Shown: positions 1 to 11,120, counted from the first letter of the stretch. The stretch: DNA of 64,000 nucleotides from Candidatus Heimdallarchaeota archaeon (GCA_019057815.1 JAHLWR010000016.1:1-64000), one strand, 5' to 3'. The notes: generated by a model from the letters alone, not told the origin. Translations and numbers: made by a program.

Positions 1-110
1 GTTCAACTGAAAGAAGATATACGGAAATAATATTAGATACAGGTGATTTTGTTAGAATAAACTAACTTTAGTAATTAATATGATATTGCGACTAAATCAT
101 TCGTTTTTCT

Positions 111-326
111 TTATCTTCTTTTAATTTCCAATATTTTATCCATCATTTGAATTCTATATGAAGAATCAATATATCGACGCATTTTTTCAAATTTAACCTT
201 ATTTTGCAGGACTTCTAACCATTTATTTACCATATCTTCAGAAATCTCAAGTTTCTCTGAAATCTCTTTTCCTTTCATTCCCTGTTCTAAAAACTGTGAA
301 ATTAATTTCTTGTACTTAGAAGCCAA
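111..326 (-). CDS. small helix-turn-helix protein
   Basis: GMKGKEISEKLEISEDMVNKWL fits an HTH pattern; TTG start uncertain. Confidence 0.55.
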   Translation of the reverse strand: MASKYKKLISQFLEQGMKGKEISEKLEISEDMVNKWLEVLQNKVKFEKMRRYIDSSYRIQMMDKILEIKRR

Positions 327-579
327 GATGATTAATCTTTCTCTAGCAGATGCTTCTCTCCTAATATGGATGAGAGCTAATCATTTCGAGTTAGAAGTTC
401 CGAAAGGAATTCTAGAATTTATAAATTAAAGGTGAATAAAAATGGAATGATCTTTGCAGATGAGAATATGTATACTGTTTATCTTAATCATCGATTAGAA
501 GGAAGGTTATTTCAACATCTTTAGATGGGGCTTACAAATATCTGATGGATAATGATACTGAAAAAAAGGAAGAATTAAA

Positions 580-1131
580 ATGAGTTTACTTGGTATTAGA
601 AAACGTCTAAAGAATCTTGATAAAGCTAAAATTTTGATACTTGGGTTAGATTCTGCAGGAAAAACAACTCTAACTAAATATATGAGATTTGGAATTTACA
701 ATAGTCAAACATTACCAACCATTGGACAAAATATAGATACTTTCAAACTTGATGATTGGTTAGTTACTGCAATAGATGTTGCAGGACAAAAAAATTTCCG
801 TTTTCTATGGGAAGCTCACTACCATGGAACTTCTGCGATAATTTTTATTATTGATGCTTCTGATTATGAAAGAATTCCTGAAGCTAAAGAGATTCTTCGA
901 ACGCATGTATTTAATAATCCCATACTTGAAGGTATTCCAATTGTAATTATAGCAAATAAGCAAGATTTACCTGGAGCTATAGATGCTCCATTGCTTATAC
1001 AATTGCTTGGTTTACATAAACAATTTCTTGATCGAACTTATGCAATATTCAACTGCAGTGTTTTATATGGGCATGGAGTTGTTGAATCCTTCACATGGTT
1101 GGTTAATGAACTTGAGAAAAAAGCGAACTAA
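580..1131 (+). CDS. Arf/Arl-family small GTPase
   Basis: G1 GLDSAGKTT, PTIG, G3 DVAGQ, G4 NKQD; N-terminal amphipathic helix, no Gly2. Confidence 0.93.
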   Translation: MSLLGIRKRLKNLDKAKILILGLDSAGKTTLTKYMRFGIYNSQTLPTIGQNIDTFKLDDWLVTAIDVAGQKNFRFLWEAHYHGTSAIIFIIDASDYERIPEAKEILRTHVFNNPILEGIPIVIIANKQDLPGAIDAPLLIQLLGLHKQFLDRTYAIFNCSVLYGHGVVESFTWLVNELEKKAN

Positions 1132-1327
1132 TCAAAATTTCTTTTTCATTTTTAATCATTTTTTTCAAAATTGCTGCTCTTGATATCAATGATATTTCCA
1201 CTTTGGATGAAGAAAATATTTGTGTACTATGTGAAGTTAATTAGGTAGAAGCGAATGATTTAGGGTGTAGTGTTTATTCCTTGATTTTCTAAAAAACCTT
1301 TTATAAGAATTCTCTAAGAATGAATCT

Positions 1328-2152
1328 ATGGCAACAATTCTTACAAATCCTTCTCTAGAAAGAATTAAGCAAGTCATCGAAGAAAATTTCCATGAGTATT
1401 GGGGAACAAAAGAAAGAGAAGTAAAAGGTTCTCGAATTAAGTTTATAGAAACAGAGGAATATACAATCACTGATAGTGGTATCCCCTTCTCTATGTGTAA
1501 CAATGTTCTAAAAACAAATCTACCTACAGAACAACTAGAAAAAAAAGTAGAAGAAGTTATCAAGTATTTTGAAGAGAAAAAACTTCCCTTCATCTGGCAC
1601 ACAGGTAGTCAAACAAAACCAGCTTCCTTAACTGATCTACTAATTTCAAAGTATAACTTTAGTCAGGTAATTCTCCCTGGAATGTATCTGAATATAACAC
1701 AACTAGAGAAAGGAAAGGAAATTAAGGATTTAGAAATTGTGAAAGTTGAAGAAAAAAATCAATATGAGATTTGGGAAGATTTACTGATGACTACATTCAA
1801 TTTTCCAGAAGAGATAGCCAAAGGTTACTTCCTTAATTTTTTTGAACACAAAAATGAAGGAGATCAAACTGCATTTATAGGGTATTATAAGGGAAAACCT
1901 GTTGCGATTTCTTTAGTTTGTTTTAAACAAGGAGTTGCTGGAATTTACTGTGTAGGGACAACTAAAGAAGCTAGAGGTAAAGGGATTGGAACTGCAATTA
2001 CCTATGCTGCAGTCAAAGAAGCACAAGAGAGAGGATATGAAATTGTAATTCTACATGCTAGCAAAATGGGATACAATGTTTATGAAAAAATGGGATTTAA
2101 TGAAGTTTGTCAAATCAATTTTCTAATATGGAGACCAAATCAAACAAGTTGA
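1328..2152 (+). CDS. GNAT family N-acetyltransferase
   Basis: C-terminal VGTTKEARGKGIG acetyl-CoA motif A and YEKMGF. Confidence 0.88.
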   Translation: MATILTNPSLERIKQVIEENFHEYWGTKEREVKGSRIKFIETEEYTITDSGIPFSMCNNVLKTNLPTEQLEKKVEEVIKYFEEKKLPFIWHTGSQTKPASLTDLLISKYNFSQVILPGMYLNITQLEKGKEIKDLEIVKVEEKNQYEIWEDLLMTTFNFPEEIAKGYFLNFFEHKNEGDQTAFIGYYKGKPVAISLVCFKQGVAGIYCVGTTKEARGKGIGTAITYAAVKEAQERGYEIVILHASKMGYNVYEKMGFNEVCQINFLIWRPNQTS

Positions 2153-2167
2153 AAGAAATGAAAAATA

Positions 2168-3193
2168 TTAAGGTTTTATAACTGTTCTAAAATCCGCTTT
2201 AAAGTTTTTAAGACGATGATGTACTTCATTTATTGCATCAGCTTCTAAAGGAACTGTTTTTGTCACTACCTTGCTTAAATCCAATTTTCCTTGTTCTGCA
2301 AGATCTAACAGAAATGGTAGTTCAGATAATAGATGATCAGAAACTCCTATAATTTCCTTTTCTTTACATATTGCGTCGTATGAGTTAACATCAAAAGTAT
2401 CCTTTGTGATTCCAACTAAACCTAAGCGACCGAATCTAGCTAATGATCTAACTCCTTGATCCATGGTTAAAGAAAGACCAATTAATTCTAAAGCAACATC
2501 AACACCGACTCCATTCGTCAATTCCATTATCTTTTCAACTGGATCGTATTTCTTTGCATTAATAGGTATAGCACCCATTTCTTCAGCAGTTTGTAATTTA
2601 CTTGTGTCTATATCCACAGCAAAAACTTTGCGAGCACCAAAAGCTTGTGCTAATTGTAATGCTGAAATACCTAACCCTCCCAACCCAAAGATAGCAAGTG
2701 TTTCTCCTAGTTTAAATCTGGTTTTTCGAAGAGCATGAAGAGAAGTTGCAGAAGAACACATCATAACTGAAGCATGTTCATTTGAAATTGAATCTGGGAG
2801 TCTATAAATCCCCCTTGTAGGTACTGAAATATATTCTGCATATCCTCCATCAATGTCTTTTCCGATCATTTTTCCATGGATACAAAATTGTTCTGTTCCC
2901 TGAACACAATAATTACATTTTCCACAAGTAATCATGTAATTGAGACATACTCTATCTCCAACTTTGTGATCATAAACATTGTTCCCTATCTTTTCAATAT
3001 CTCCTGCGATCTCATGACCTAAAGTAATTGGAAGATTACCTACAGAAGAAACACCCTCTCGATAATGAACATCAGAATGACAAATCCCAGCAGCTCTAAT
3101 TTTGATTAGTACTTCATCAGGTTTAGGTTCTGGAGTTGAAACCTCTCTATTCTCCAAATCTTTGTTGATTTCAATTAGCTGAACTGCTTTCAT
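2168..3193 (-). CDS. zinc-dependent alcohol dehydrogenase (MDR family)
   Basis: GICHSD, GHE, CGKCNYC...C structural Zn site, GLGGLG. Confidence 0.92.
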   Translation of the reverse strand: MKAVQLIEINKDLENREVSTPEPKPDEVLIKIRAAGICHSDVHYREGVSSVGNLPITLGHEIAGDIEKIGNNVYDHKVGDRVCLNYMITCGKCNYCVQGTEQFCIHGKMIGKDIDGGYAEYISVPTRGIYRLPDSISNEHASVMMCSSATSLHALRKTRFKLGETLAIFGLGGLGISALQLAQAFGARKVFAVDIDTSKLQTAEEMGAIPINAKKYDPVEKIMELTNGVGVDVALELIGLSLTMDQGVRSLARFGRLGLVGITKDTFDVNSYDAICKEKEIIGVSDHLLSELPFLLDLAEQGKLDLSKVVTKTVPLEADAINEVHHRLKNFKADFRTVIKP

Positions 3194-3512
3194 ATTCCTA
3201 CTTAGCTTTGTACTTTTTTAAATTGTTTTCCTCCTTTTATTCTACTTTACTTGGGATTCTTAACATTTTTTCAGACTTTGACTTTCACATCTTTCTCCAA
3301 AAAAGGTAGAGCTCTTATGATTATTTGCTATTAAATTTATCAAGAACTGAGTATTTATTAATAGGTCCACAATTCTCTTTCTAAGTTAAAAATTTAAGCG
3401 ATTGGAGTTTTATTTAATCTTAAAAGAGTTAGTAATTTCTGATTGGTATTTTTAATTTGGGTTGAGTACACAAAGTATCTCAACCGAACACATAAAATTG
3501 GAGTTAATCCAA

Positions 3513-3710
3513 ATGAAAGGAACAATTAAAAGAATATTGTATGAAAAAAACTTTGGTTTCCTAAGTGTTGAAGATGAAGAAAAAGACATCTTCTTTCATC
3601 GTTCTGGAGTTAAAGAAGACTTTAATGACCTAAAAGATGGAGAAGAAGTAGAATTCGAAATTGAAAACAAAGATAGAGGACCACAAGCAACTAATATTGT
3701 GAAAGTTTAA
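3513..3710 (+). CDS. cspA: cold-shock (CSD) protein, 65 aa
   Basis: MKGTIK..KNFGFL (RNP1), DIFFH (RNP2), RGPQATNI; ATG at 3513 preferred to TTG at 3462. Confidence 0.92.
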   Translation: MKGTIKRILYEKNFGFLSVEDEEKDIFFHRSGVKEDFNDLKDGEEVEFEIENKDRGPQATNIVKV

Positions 3711-3767
3711 GATTTCCAATCAGAATTTTCCCAAGAAACATACTTTAAAGTATCTTTGAAATTACGA

Positions 3768-3802
3768 AATGAAACAAAGAATTTGTTTCATTCTTATTTT
3801 TT
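3768..3802 (+). terminator. hairpin plus T-tract downstream of csp gene
   Basis: AATGAAACAAA-gaa-TTTGTTTCATT 11-bp stem followed by a T-rich run. Confidence 0.55.
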
Positions 3803-3904
3803 CTAAATTTTGCATTTCAACTAGTTTTATAGATAGTATACCTATTTCTAAAGCAGTTCCTTTGAATAGGCAAAATTCATATGACAAAAAAGCTTTGTTA
3901 AATC

Positions 3905-5197
3905 ATGAAAGCAATAATCAATGTGAAAATATATGATTATGTGACCTATATAGAAGACGGTTTTTGTATTTTCGAGGAAGAAATTATCGAAACAGGACCC
4001 ATGAAAGATTTTCCAGATTTTGATGGGAGGATTATAGATGGAAGAAACAAAATACTACTTCCTGGGCTCATAAATTTTCACACTCACATTTATTCTACTC
4101 TTGTTCGTGGCGCATCTATCCCTTTTAATCCTAAAAGCTTCAGAGACATTTTGGAACAACTTTGGTGGAAGTTTGATAGTAAACTAGATAAGGATGCAAC
4201 ATTCAATAGTGCGATAATTTATGGATTGGAATCACTGAAGAGCGGAGTAACTTCTCTAATCGATCATCATGCAAGTGGTATTGATATCCTTGGTAGTTTA
4301 GAACAACTCAAGAGAGCAATTGTTGACATTTTAGGAATGCGAGGTGTTTTCTGCTTTGAAACCAGCGACCGTTTTGATGTTGATGCCTGTATAACAGAAA
4401 ATCTAACCGGTATCAAGTATAATTCTACTGACGCTCGAGGCTTTTTTGGTCTACATGCGTCCATGAGTCTTTCCGAGGAAACTCTTGCTAAAGTAAGCGA
4501 TGTGATTGAAACTACTCCAATACATGTTCATGTTGCCGAAAGTAAGGAAGATGAAGATGATTCACTGGAGAACTACAATATGACAGTAGTTGAGAGATAT
4601 ACAAAACACAATCTTCTCAACCCAGATTCCATACTAGCTCATTGTGTTCATATTAATGATCAAGAAGCAAAAATTATTGGTGAAAAGAAAGCAGTTATTG
4701 CTCTGAATCCAACCTCTAATATGAACAATGCAGTTGGAGCATTTAATATCAATATCTTTCGAAATAACGGTATTCAGATACTTATAGGAAACGATGGACT
4801 TGGAACCAACATAGCTAAAGAATGGACCTATCTACTATTTGCTGGTAAAGCTGGTATTATGGATGCAAATGGTATTGGTTTTGATGAAATAATAAACTAC
4901 ATTACTAATTCCTATGATTATTTTGGTCGAATGATGGGAATAAGAATAGGTAAGATACAGAAGGGATATGTTGCTGATTTTGTGCTTGTCCCATACTATA
5001 ACCCAACTACAATGGATAAAAACAATGCATTTGGACATGTTTTCTTTGGTTTGTTTGACAATTTCAAACCATCTTGTGTGATAGTTAAGGGTAAAACCCT
5101 CATAGAGAACTACAAAAGCATATTTGATGAGGAAACATTATATAATAACGCTCAAATGGCGTCTAAAGCCTTATGGAAAAGGTTAGGTGAATCTTAA
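3905..5197 (+). CDS. ssnA: SsnA-like metal-dependent aminohydrolase
   Basis: FHTHIY, DHHASG, GLHAS, HVHVAE, AHCVH, GNDG; xdh context. Confidence 0.82.
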   Translation: MKAIINVKIYDYVTYIEDGFCIFEEEIIETGPMKDFPDFDGRIIDGRNKILLPGLINFHTHIYSTLVRGASIPFNPKSFRDILEQLWWKFDSKLDKDATFNSAIIYGLESLKSGVTSLIDHHASGIDILGSLEQLKRAIVDILGMRGVFCFETSDRFDVDACITENLTGIKYNSTDARGFFGLHASMSLSEETLAKVSDVIETTPIHVHVAESKEDEDDSLENYNMTVVERYTKHNLLNPDSILAHCVHINDQEAKIIGEKKAVIALNPTSNMNNAVGAFNINIFRNNGIQILIGNDGLGTNIAKEWTYLLFAGKAGIMDANGIGFDEIINYITNSYDYFGRMMGIRIGKIQKGYVADFVLVPYYNPTTMDKNNAFGHVFFGLFDNFKPSCVIVKGKTLIENYKSIFDEETLYNNAQMASKALWKRLGES

Positions 5198-6271
5198 ATG
5201 GATCTTTCAGTTAGCTTACTTGGTTTGCATTTTAAAAATCCTCTAGGACCCTCAGCAGGTCCACTCACTGAGGGATTAGAAAACATGCGATTTTTTAACA
5301 ATAATACTTGTGGTGTAAATGTTTCTAAAACTATTTCTATTGAAGGAGCAATAGTTGCAAAACCATGTATTGCAGGAACTTCAAACACAATTTACAATTG
5401 TGAACTTTGGTCAGAACTTCATTCTGATGTTTGGATAAATGAGATACTTCCAACAATCCACAAAGAGAAGAAGAAACCCTTGATCATCAGTGCTGGTTAC
5501 CTCGAAGAAGATTTCAGAACACTGATTCCTGAATTAGATCCTTTTGCAGATATCTTTGAGATTTCAACACATTATGTTAAAGACAATCTCGCTGGTATTG
5601 TTCAGAGTATTAGAGAAAATACCGATAAACCAATTTTCATGAAACTCAGCCCACATGTGGATGATTACCTTGGTTTTGTACAAACTGTGCTTGATGCTGG
5701 TGCAACAGGTATTGTTGCTATCAATTCATTAGGACCTGGAACAGCAATAGATCTAGAGAATCGTTCAGTACTTCTAGCAGAAGAAATTTGGATGAGCGGT
5801 CCAGCAATTAAACCAATAGCACTTCATCGAGTATATCATATTCGAAAAGCTTTTCCAGACATACCTATCATTGGTGTTGGAGGAATTGGGAAAGCTGAAG
5901 ATGTTCTTGAATTTATTTTTGCAGGGGCGGATTTGGTGCAAATGCTCTCTTCAGCACTTATTAAAGGGAGACATTTGTATGATAAAATTGTAAAAGATCT
6001 TCCAGCAGCAATTGAAAAATATGGTTTTTCATCAATTGAAGAGATTCGAAAAGTAAGAAAAGAAACCATTTTCAAGACACCAGAAACATTTGAAAATAAT
6101 CCCCCATCATTCAATAAGAGATGTAATATGTGTGGGCTTTGTGTTCGTATTTGCCCAGCAGGTGCTTTGTCAGAATCTGATACTATCATCGTTGATAAGG
6201 AAAAATGTATTCGCTGTGGATTATGTGAATCACGCTGTCCTCAAGATGCAATTTATGGTGTGCTCTCATGA
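5198..6271 (+). CDS. dihydroorotate/dihydropyrimidine dehydrogenase-like FMN protein with C-terminal 2x[4Fe-4S] domain
   Basis: NPLGPSAGP, KTIS, MKLSP, SGPAIKP, IIGVGGI; two CxxCxxCxxxCP motifs. Confidence 0.82.
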   Translation: MDLSVSLLGLHFKNPLGPSAGPLTEGLENMRFFNNNTCGVNVSKTISIEGAIVAKPCIAGTSNTIYNCELWSELHSDVWINEILPTIHKEKKKPLIISAGYLEEDFRTLIPELDPFADIFEISTHYVKDNLAGIVQSIRENTDKPIFMKLSPHVDDYLGFVQTVLDAGATGIVAINSLGPGTAIDLENRSVLLAEEIWMSGPAIKPIALHRVYHIRKAFPDIPIIGVGGIGKAEDVLEFIFAGADLVQMLSSALIKGRHLYDKIVKDLPAAIEKYGFSSIEEIRKVRKETIFKTPETFENNPPSFNKRCNMCGLCVRICPAGALSESDTIIVDKEKCIRCGLCESRCPQDAIYGVLS

Positions 6272-7482
6272 GCAATCACATTTTGAGATGCATAACTTGC
6301 AAAAAAGAATTCAACCCTAAACCCGGTCTCTATTATTGTACAGATTGTGGTTATATTATGGGTACCTTGGAAGTAATTTATAATTATGAAACTATCAAGG
6401 ATAATTCAAAAGTAAAGCAAAAAAAGTTCGAAAAAAAAGCTTCTATGTATCAATTTGATTTTCTATTACCAACAGAATCAAAGTGCAAATTTGACGAATA
6501 TGTTGGTGGCACACCGCTATACAAATTCGACCTTTTAGGAATTAAAGAGGTATTAGTCAAATATGACGGTTCCAATCCCTCCAGTTCATATAAAGACAGG
6601 GCGAGCTCTGTTGCTATCAATAGAGCTATAGATGAAGGTAATAATACTCTTTTCTGCGCATCAACTGGTAATGCTGCATCATCACTCGCTATGCTCAATG
6701 CACATACAGATATGAACACTTACATCTTTGTTCCAGCAACCATTCCAATAGGGAAAAGAACACAACTTGAGATTTCAGGTGCTCAAGTCATGGCAGTTGA
6801 AGGTACCTATGATGAGGTTTATGATCTATCACTAGAGATAGGACTCAAAAAAGGTTGGTACTGCAGACATGCAGCAATAAACCCCTATCTTCTTGAAGGT
6901 AAAAAGACTGGGGCTTTTGAGATAGTAATCCAAAACGATTTTGCTGTACCTGATTATGTTCTAGTTGGTGTTGGTGACGGTACTGTCATAAGCTCCTTGT
7001 ATAAGGGGTTTTGGGAATTCAAGAAAATTGGACTGACAGACAAAATTCCTCGAATCATTGGTGTTCAAGCTGAAGGAATTCCTGCAATAAAGGGTGTTTT
7101 TGAAAAAGGCAAACCCTATACACCTCATGCAATCATAGGTAAAACCGTTGCTGACAGCATCGCTGTGGGTAATCCCCGTGATGTCATAAAAGCATGTACT
7201 TATATCGAAGCGTGTAATGGCTTTTTTATCTCTATCACCGATGAAGAAATCCTTGATGCTATTTCAGAATTAGGGAAGGAAACAGGTCTCTTTGCAGAAC
7301 CAGCTGGAGCTGTAGCCTTTGGTGGGTTGAAAAAACTTATTTACGAAGAAAAGATTACAGATTCAGATAAAGTCTGTCTTGTCATTACTGGTAATGGTCT
7401 AAAAGATATCAATGCAGTTAAGGATATGATACATACAGAATCCCTAACAGTTGATGATGTAGTAAAAAGGTTTGAAGAATGA
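6268..7482 (+). CDS. threonine synthase-like PLP enzyme (fold type II)
   Basis: N-terminal Zn ribbon, NPSSSYKDR, ASTGNA, GVGDGT, EPAGA, ITGNGLK. Confidence 0.88.
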   Translation: MSNHILRCITCKKEFNPKPGLYYCTDCGYIMGTLEVIYNYETIKDNSKVKQKKFEKKASMYQFDFLLPTESKCKFDEYVGGTPLYKFDLLGIKEVLVKYDGSNPSSSYKDRASSVAINRAIDEGNNTLFCASTGNAASSLAMLNAHTDMNTYIFVPATIPIGKRTQLEISGAQVMAVEGTYDEVYDLSLEIGLKKGWYCRHAAINPYLLEGKKTGAFEIVIQNDFAVPDYVLVGVGDGTVISSLYKGFWEFKKIGLTDKIPRIIGVQAEGIPAIKGVFEKGKPYTPHAIIGKTVADSIAVGNPRDVIKACTYIEACNGFFISITDEEILDAISELGKETGLFAEPAGAVAFGGLKKLIYEEKITDSDKVCLVITGNGLKDINAVKDMIHTESLTVDDVVKRFEE

Positions 7483-8840
7483 AATTCATATTAAATCAGG
7501 AAATTATTGAAATAAGTGTACCTCTGGGTACACCTACTCTTAATTTCTTACGAAGTGTTGGAATGAAAGGAGTCAAAGAAGGTTGTCATGAGGGCGATTG
7601 TGGTGCTTGTATGGTTCTTCTTGGTGAATTGAAGGACAACAATCTCATGTATAAAGCTACTACCTCTTGTTTGCTTCCAATAGGTGAAGTTGCAGGAAAA
7701 CATGTTGTAACCATTGAAGGACTCAACCAAGAGGAGCTTAATCCTATCCAACAAGCACTTGTTGATAGAGGAGGTGTACAATGTGGTTTTTGCACTCCAG
7801 GATTTGTTGTTAGTCTTACAGCTTTCTTCATGAATGGTAATCTTGAGAAAGATAATATTCTAACTTCTATTGAAGGTAATGTTTGCAGATGCACAGGATA
7901 TGCTTCAATAATACGTGCAACTGAACAGTTGTCTGAACAGATAGATATCGTGAAAAATTCAAAAAAAGAACGCATTCAAGCACTAATTGACGCAAAAATT
8001 CTTCCTTCTTATTTTACCGATATATATAATAAATTGAAAGAATTGAAAAAAACACTCCAACAGAATGAAGGAACTTTCATTGCTGGAGGAACAGACTTGT
8101 TTGTTCAAAAGAAAACTGTAGATGACCCAATATTTCTTTCAAAGATGAATCTTGCTGGTATATGGACGGATAAAACACACATCTTTATTGGTGCAATGGC
8201 AGACACAGAAAGTATCCGTTCTTCTGTTGAATTGAATACAATTCTTAATACTGAGAATCATCTTGCACAAATCTCATCGCTTCCTATTAGGCAAAAAGCC
8301 ACTATTGGTGGAAATATTGTAAATGCGTCACCTATCGGAGATCTTACTATCTACTTTCTAGCTTTAGATGCTGATATAAGTCTCAAATTTAATGGAAAAA
8401 AAAGAATAATAAAATTAAAAGATTTTTTTAAGGGTTACAAGACGTTAGATCTAAAGAAGGGAGAGATTCTTGAATGGATTAGAATTAAAAAAGAAAAGAA
8501 ATTGTTTTCTTTCGAAAAAGTTGCAAAAAGAATGCATGTTGACATAGCTAGCGTCAATAGCGCTCTATCGCTTAAATACGACAATAATAAAATACTAGAA
8601 CCTCATTTATCAGCTGGTGGCATAGGACCGATTCCCATGTATCTAGAAAAAACTTCCAGCTTTCTTGAAAATAAAAAAATCTCTTCAGACAATGTAAAAG
8701 AAGCTGCACAAATAGCTGACACAGAAATTAGTCCAATATCTGATGTACGAGGTAGTGCTCTCTACAAAAGATTGCTTCTTAGACAATTGATATATGCTCA
8801 TTTCATTTCATTGTTTCCTGAGCTGGAGGGATTATTATGA
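7479..8840 (+). CDS. xdhA: xanthine dehydrogenase FeS/FAD subunit
   Basis: KEGCHEGDCGAC, QCGFCTPG, GNVCRCTGY, AGGTD, TIGGNIVNASPIGD. Confidence 0.93.
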   Translation: MKFILNQEIIEISVPLGTPTLNFLRSVGMKGVKEGCHEGDCGACMVLLGELKDNNLMYKATTSCLLPIGEVAGKHVVTIEGLNQEELNPIQQALVDRGGVQCGFCTPGFVVSLTAFFMNGNLEKDNILTSIEGNVCRCTGYASIIRATEQLSEQIDIVKNSKKERIQALIDAKILPSYFTDIYNKLKELKKTLQQNEGTFIAGGTDLFVQKKTVDDPIFLSKMNLAGIWTDKTHIFIGAMADTESIRSSVELNTILNTENHLAQISSLPIRQKATIGGNIVNASPIGDLTIYFLALDADISLKFNGKKRIIKLKDFFKGYKTLDLKKGEILEWIRIKKEKKLFSFEKVAKRMHVDIASVNSALSLKYDNNKILEPHLSAGGIGPIPMYLEKTSSFLENKKISSDNVKEAAQIADTEISPISDVRGSALYKRLLLRQLIYAHFISLFPELEGLL

Positions 8841-11086
8841 ATGATTTAAATGACTTAACACCACCTCATACTCGAGGAGAATCTATTTTTGTAGATGATA
8901 TGCCTGAACCTAAATGTATGTTACACACAGCTGTTTTTGCTTCAAGTATTGCTCATGGTAAAATCAAATCTCTTTACATACAAAACGCAGAGAAATGTGA
9001 AGGAGTTATTAAAGTTTTAACTGCTAAAGACATTCCCGGTGAAAATCAAATAGGTCGAATTATTCAGGATGAAGAACTTCTTGCTGATGGAAAAGTAGTA
9101 TTTATTGGGCAACCTATAGCTGTTGTCCTTGCAGAAACAAAGGAACAGGCTAAGCAAGCTATCGATTCTATAATTATTAACTATGAAGAGCTTCCAGCAA
9201 TATTTGATCCACGTGTAGCAGCTAAAAAAGGTTCTTTGATTGCGCCTTCACGTACATTCACGCTTGGTGATGTCGATTCAACATGGAGTAAATGTGCAAC
9301 TATCATCAAAGGACGAGCTGATTCAGGAGGACAAGAACATATTTATCTTGAAACACAAGGTTCTCTAGCACTCCCTGGGGAGAGAGGTAAAATTATCCTT
9401 TATTCAAGTACTCAAGCTCCTACAACAATTCAAAAAACTGTATCAAAGATACTTGGATGTGATATGAACGCAATTGAGGTTGATGTGAAAAGACTCGGAG
9501 GAGCTTTTGGTGGTAAGGAAGATCAAGCAACACCATGGGCAGCTTTCTGTGCTCTTGGAGTATATCATACTGGTCGTCCAGTCAAATTAGTTCTTGATAG
9601 AAAAGAAGATATGCAAATGACTGGAAAGCGCCATCCATATTCAACTGATTACAAACTAGGTCTTGATAAGGAAGGTAAGATCCTTGCTTTTTCAGCAGAA
9701 TATTATCAAAATTCAGGCGCAGCTGCAGATCTCTCAACAGCTATTCTTGGGCGCACTCTCTTTCATGCGACAAATGCGTACTATATACCTCATGTTCGTG
9801 TTACAGCTTATCCATGCAGGACAAATATAGTACCATTCACTGCTTTTCGTGGTTTTGGTGCTCCACAAGCGATGTTTGTCATGGAATGCATATTATCACA
9901 AGTAGCAGAGGAAACAGGAATTCCTGTTGAAGTCTTACAAGAAAAGAATTTACTCAAGGACAGAGACCAGTTTCCCTATGGAATGTACGCAGAGAATTGC
10001 CATGCAAGAAGAAGTTTCTCAAAGGTTGTTCAAGACTCTAATTTTGATGAGTTAAAAAGAAAGATAGAAGATTTTAATGCTAAGAATCGTTTTACAAAAA
10101 AAGGTATTTCCATCATGCCAATTTGCTTTGGAATATCTTTCACTTCTGCTTTTCTTAATCAAGCAGGAGCACTTGTCCATGTTTACAATGATGGTAGTGT
10201 AAATATCAGTACTGGTGCAGTCGAAATGGGACAAGGTGTAAACATGAAGATCAAAACAATTGCTGCTCGTACTTTGTCAATAAAACCAGAACGTATTCGT
10301 ATAGAAAGCACAAACACGGGACGTGTTATTAATACCTCACCGACAGCTGCAAGCACTGGTGCTGATCTAAATGGTAAAGCAGTGGAATTTGCATGTGAAA
10401 TGATTCTTGAGAGATTAAGAGATGTTGCATCAGAAAAACTAGGAACTGGAGGAATTTCCATAGAAGATGAAATTGTATTTCTAGAAGGCAACAAAACTGA
10501 ATTAGTTTGGGAAGAACTCATCTGGTCTGCATACATGAATCGAGTTAATCTCTCTGCTCAGGCATTCTATGCAACACCAAGCATTTATTATGATTACGAA
10601 AAAGAGAAAGGAAAACCATTTGCTTATCATGTCTTTGGTTCTGCAGTTACAGAAGTAACAGTAGATTGTTTACGGGGAACATATACGATTGACAAAGTGC
10701 ATGTAGTACATGATGCTGGCAGAAGTCTGAATTATCTAATTGATCTCGGACAGGTTGAAGGTGCATTGGTACAAGGAATAGGGTGGATGACCATAGAAGA
10801 ACTGCAATACGATAATGGAAAACTTATCTCAGATACACTAGCAACTTACAAGGTCCCTGATCTTCGCTTTGCACCAAAAATAGATACCACATTCCTTGAA
10901 GATGCTGACAATCCTGCTGCGGTTTTACAGTCAAAGGGTATAGGTGAGCCTCCTTTTATGTATGGTATTGGAGCTTACTTCGCTTTGAAAAATGCAGCAC
11001 AAGCCTTTCGAAAAGATAAAGAATGGAACTATTCATCACCAATTACCCCTGAAAAACTCTTGCTTTATCTTCATGACATGGAATAA
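8837..11086 (+). CDS. xdhB: xanthine dehydrogenase molybdopterin-binding subunit
   Basis: GQEHIYLE, RLGGAFGGKE, TAFRGFGAPQ, EMGQG, SKGIGEPP. Confidence 0.95.
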   Translation: MNDLNDLTPPHTRGESIFVDDMPEPKCMLHTAVFASSIAHGKIKSLYIQNAEKCEGVIKVLTAKDIPGENQIGRIIQDEELLADGKVVFIGQPIAVVLAETKEQAKQAIDSIIINYEELPAIFDPRVAAKKGSLIAPSRTFTLGDVDSTWSKCATIIKGRADSGGQEHIYLETQGSLALPGERGKIILYSSTQAPTTIQKTVSKILGCDMNAIEVDVKRLGGAFGGKEDQATPWAAFCALGVYHTGRPVKLVLDRKEDMQMTGKRHPYSTDYKLGLDKEGKILAFSAEYYQNSGAAADLSTAILGRTLFHATNAYYIPHVRVTAYPCRTNIVPFTAFRGFGAPQAMFVMECILSQVAEETGIPVEVLQEKNLLKDRDQFPYGMYAENCHARRSFSKVVQDSNFDELKRKIEDFNAKNRFTKKGISIMPICFGISFTSAFLNQAGALVHVYNDGSVNISTGAVEMGQGVNMKIKTIAARTLSIKPERIRIESTNTGRVINTSPTAASTGADLNGKAVEFACEMILERLRDVASEKLGTGGISIEDEIVFLEGNKTELVWEELIWSAYMNRVNLSAQAFYATPSIYYDYEKEKGKPFAYHVFGSAVTEVTVDCLRGTYTIDKVHVVHDAGRSLNYLIDLGQVEGALVQGIGWMTIEELQYDNGKLISDTLATYKVPDLRFAPKIDTTFLEDADNPAAVLQSKGIGEPPFMYGIGAYFALKNAAQAFRKDKEWNYSSPITPEKLLLYLHDME

Positions 11087-11120
11087 TTGATGTAAAGAAA
11101 TTAATTAGGATCTGCTTATA

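Noticed and set aside
1237-1602. Antisense or overlapping ORFs in the track (e.g. 1237-1602, 2463-2738, 5836-6189, 7586-7975, 10183-10536, 35316-35720, 47011-47319)
   Set aside because: Shadow frames of well-supported genes, with no motifs of their own
3462-3512. 17-aa N-terminal extension of the cold-shock protein
   Set aside because: The CSD begins at MKGT (3513), which has GGAG upstream
3740-3753. Perfect palindrome ATACTTTAAAGTAT
   Set aside because: AT-rich and single copy; cannot be distinguished from chance
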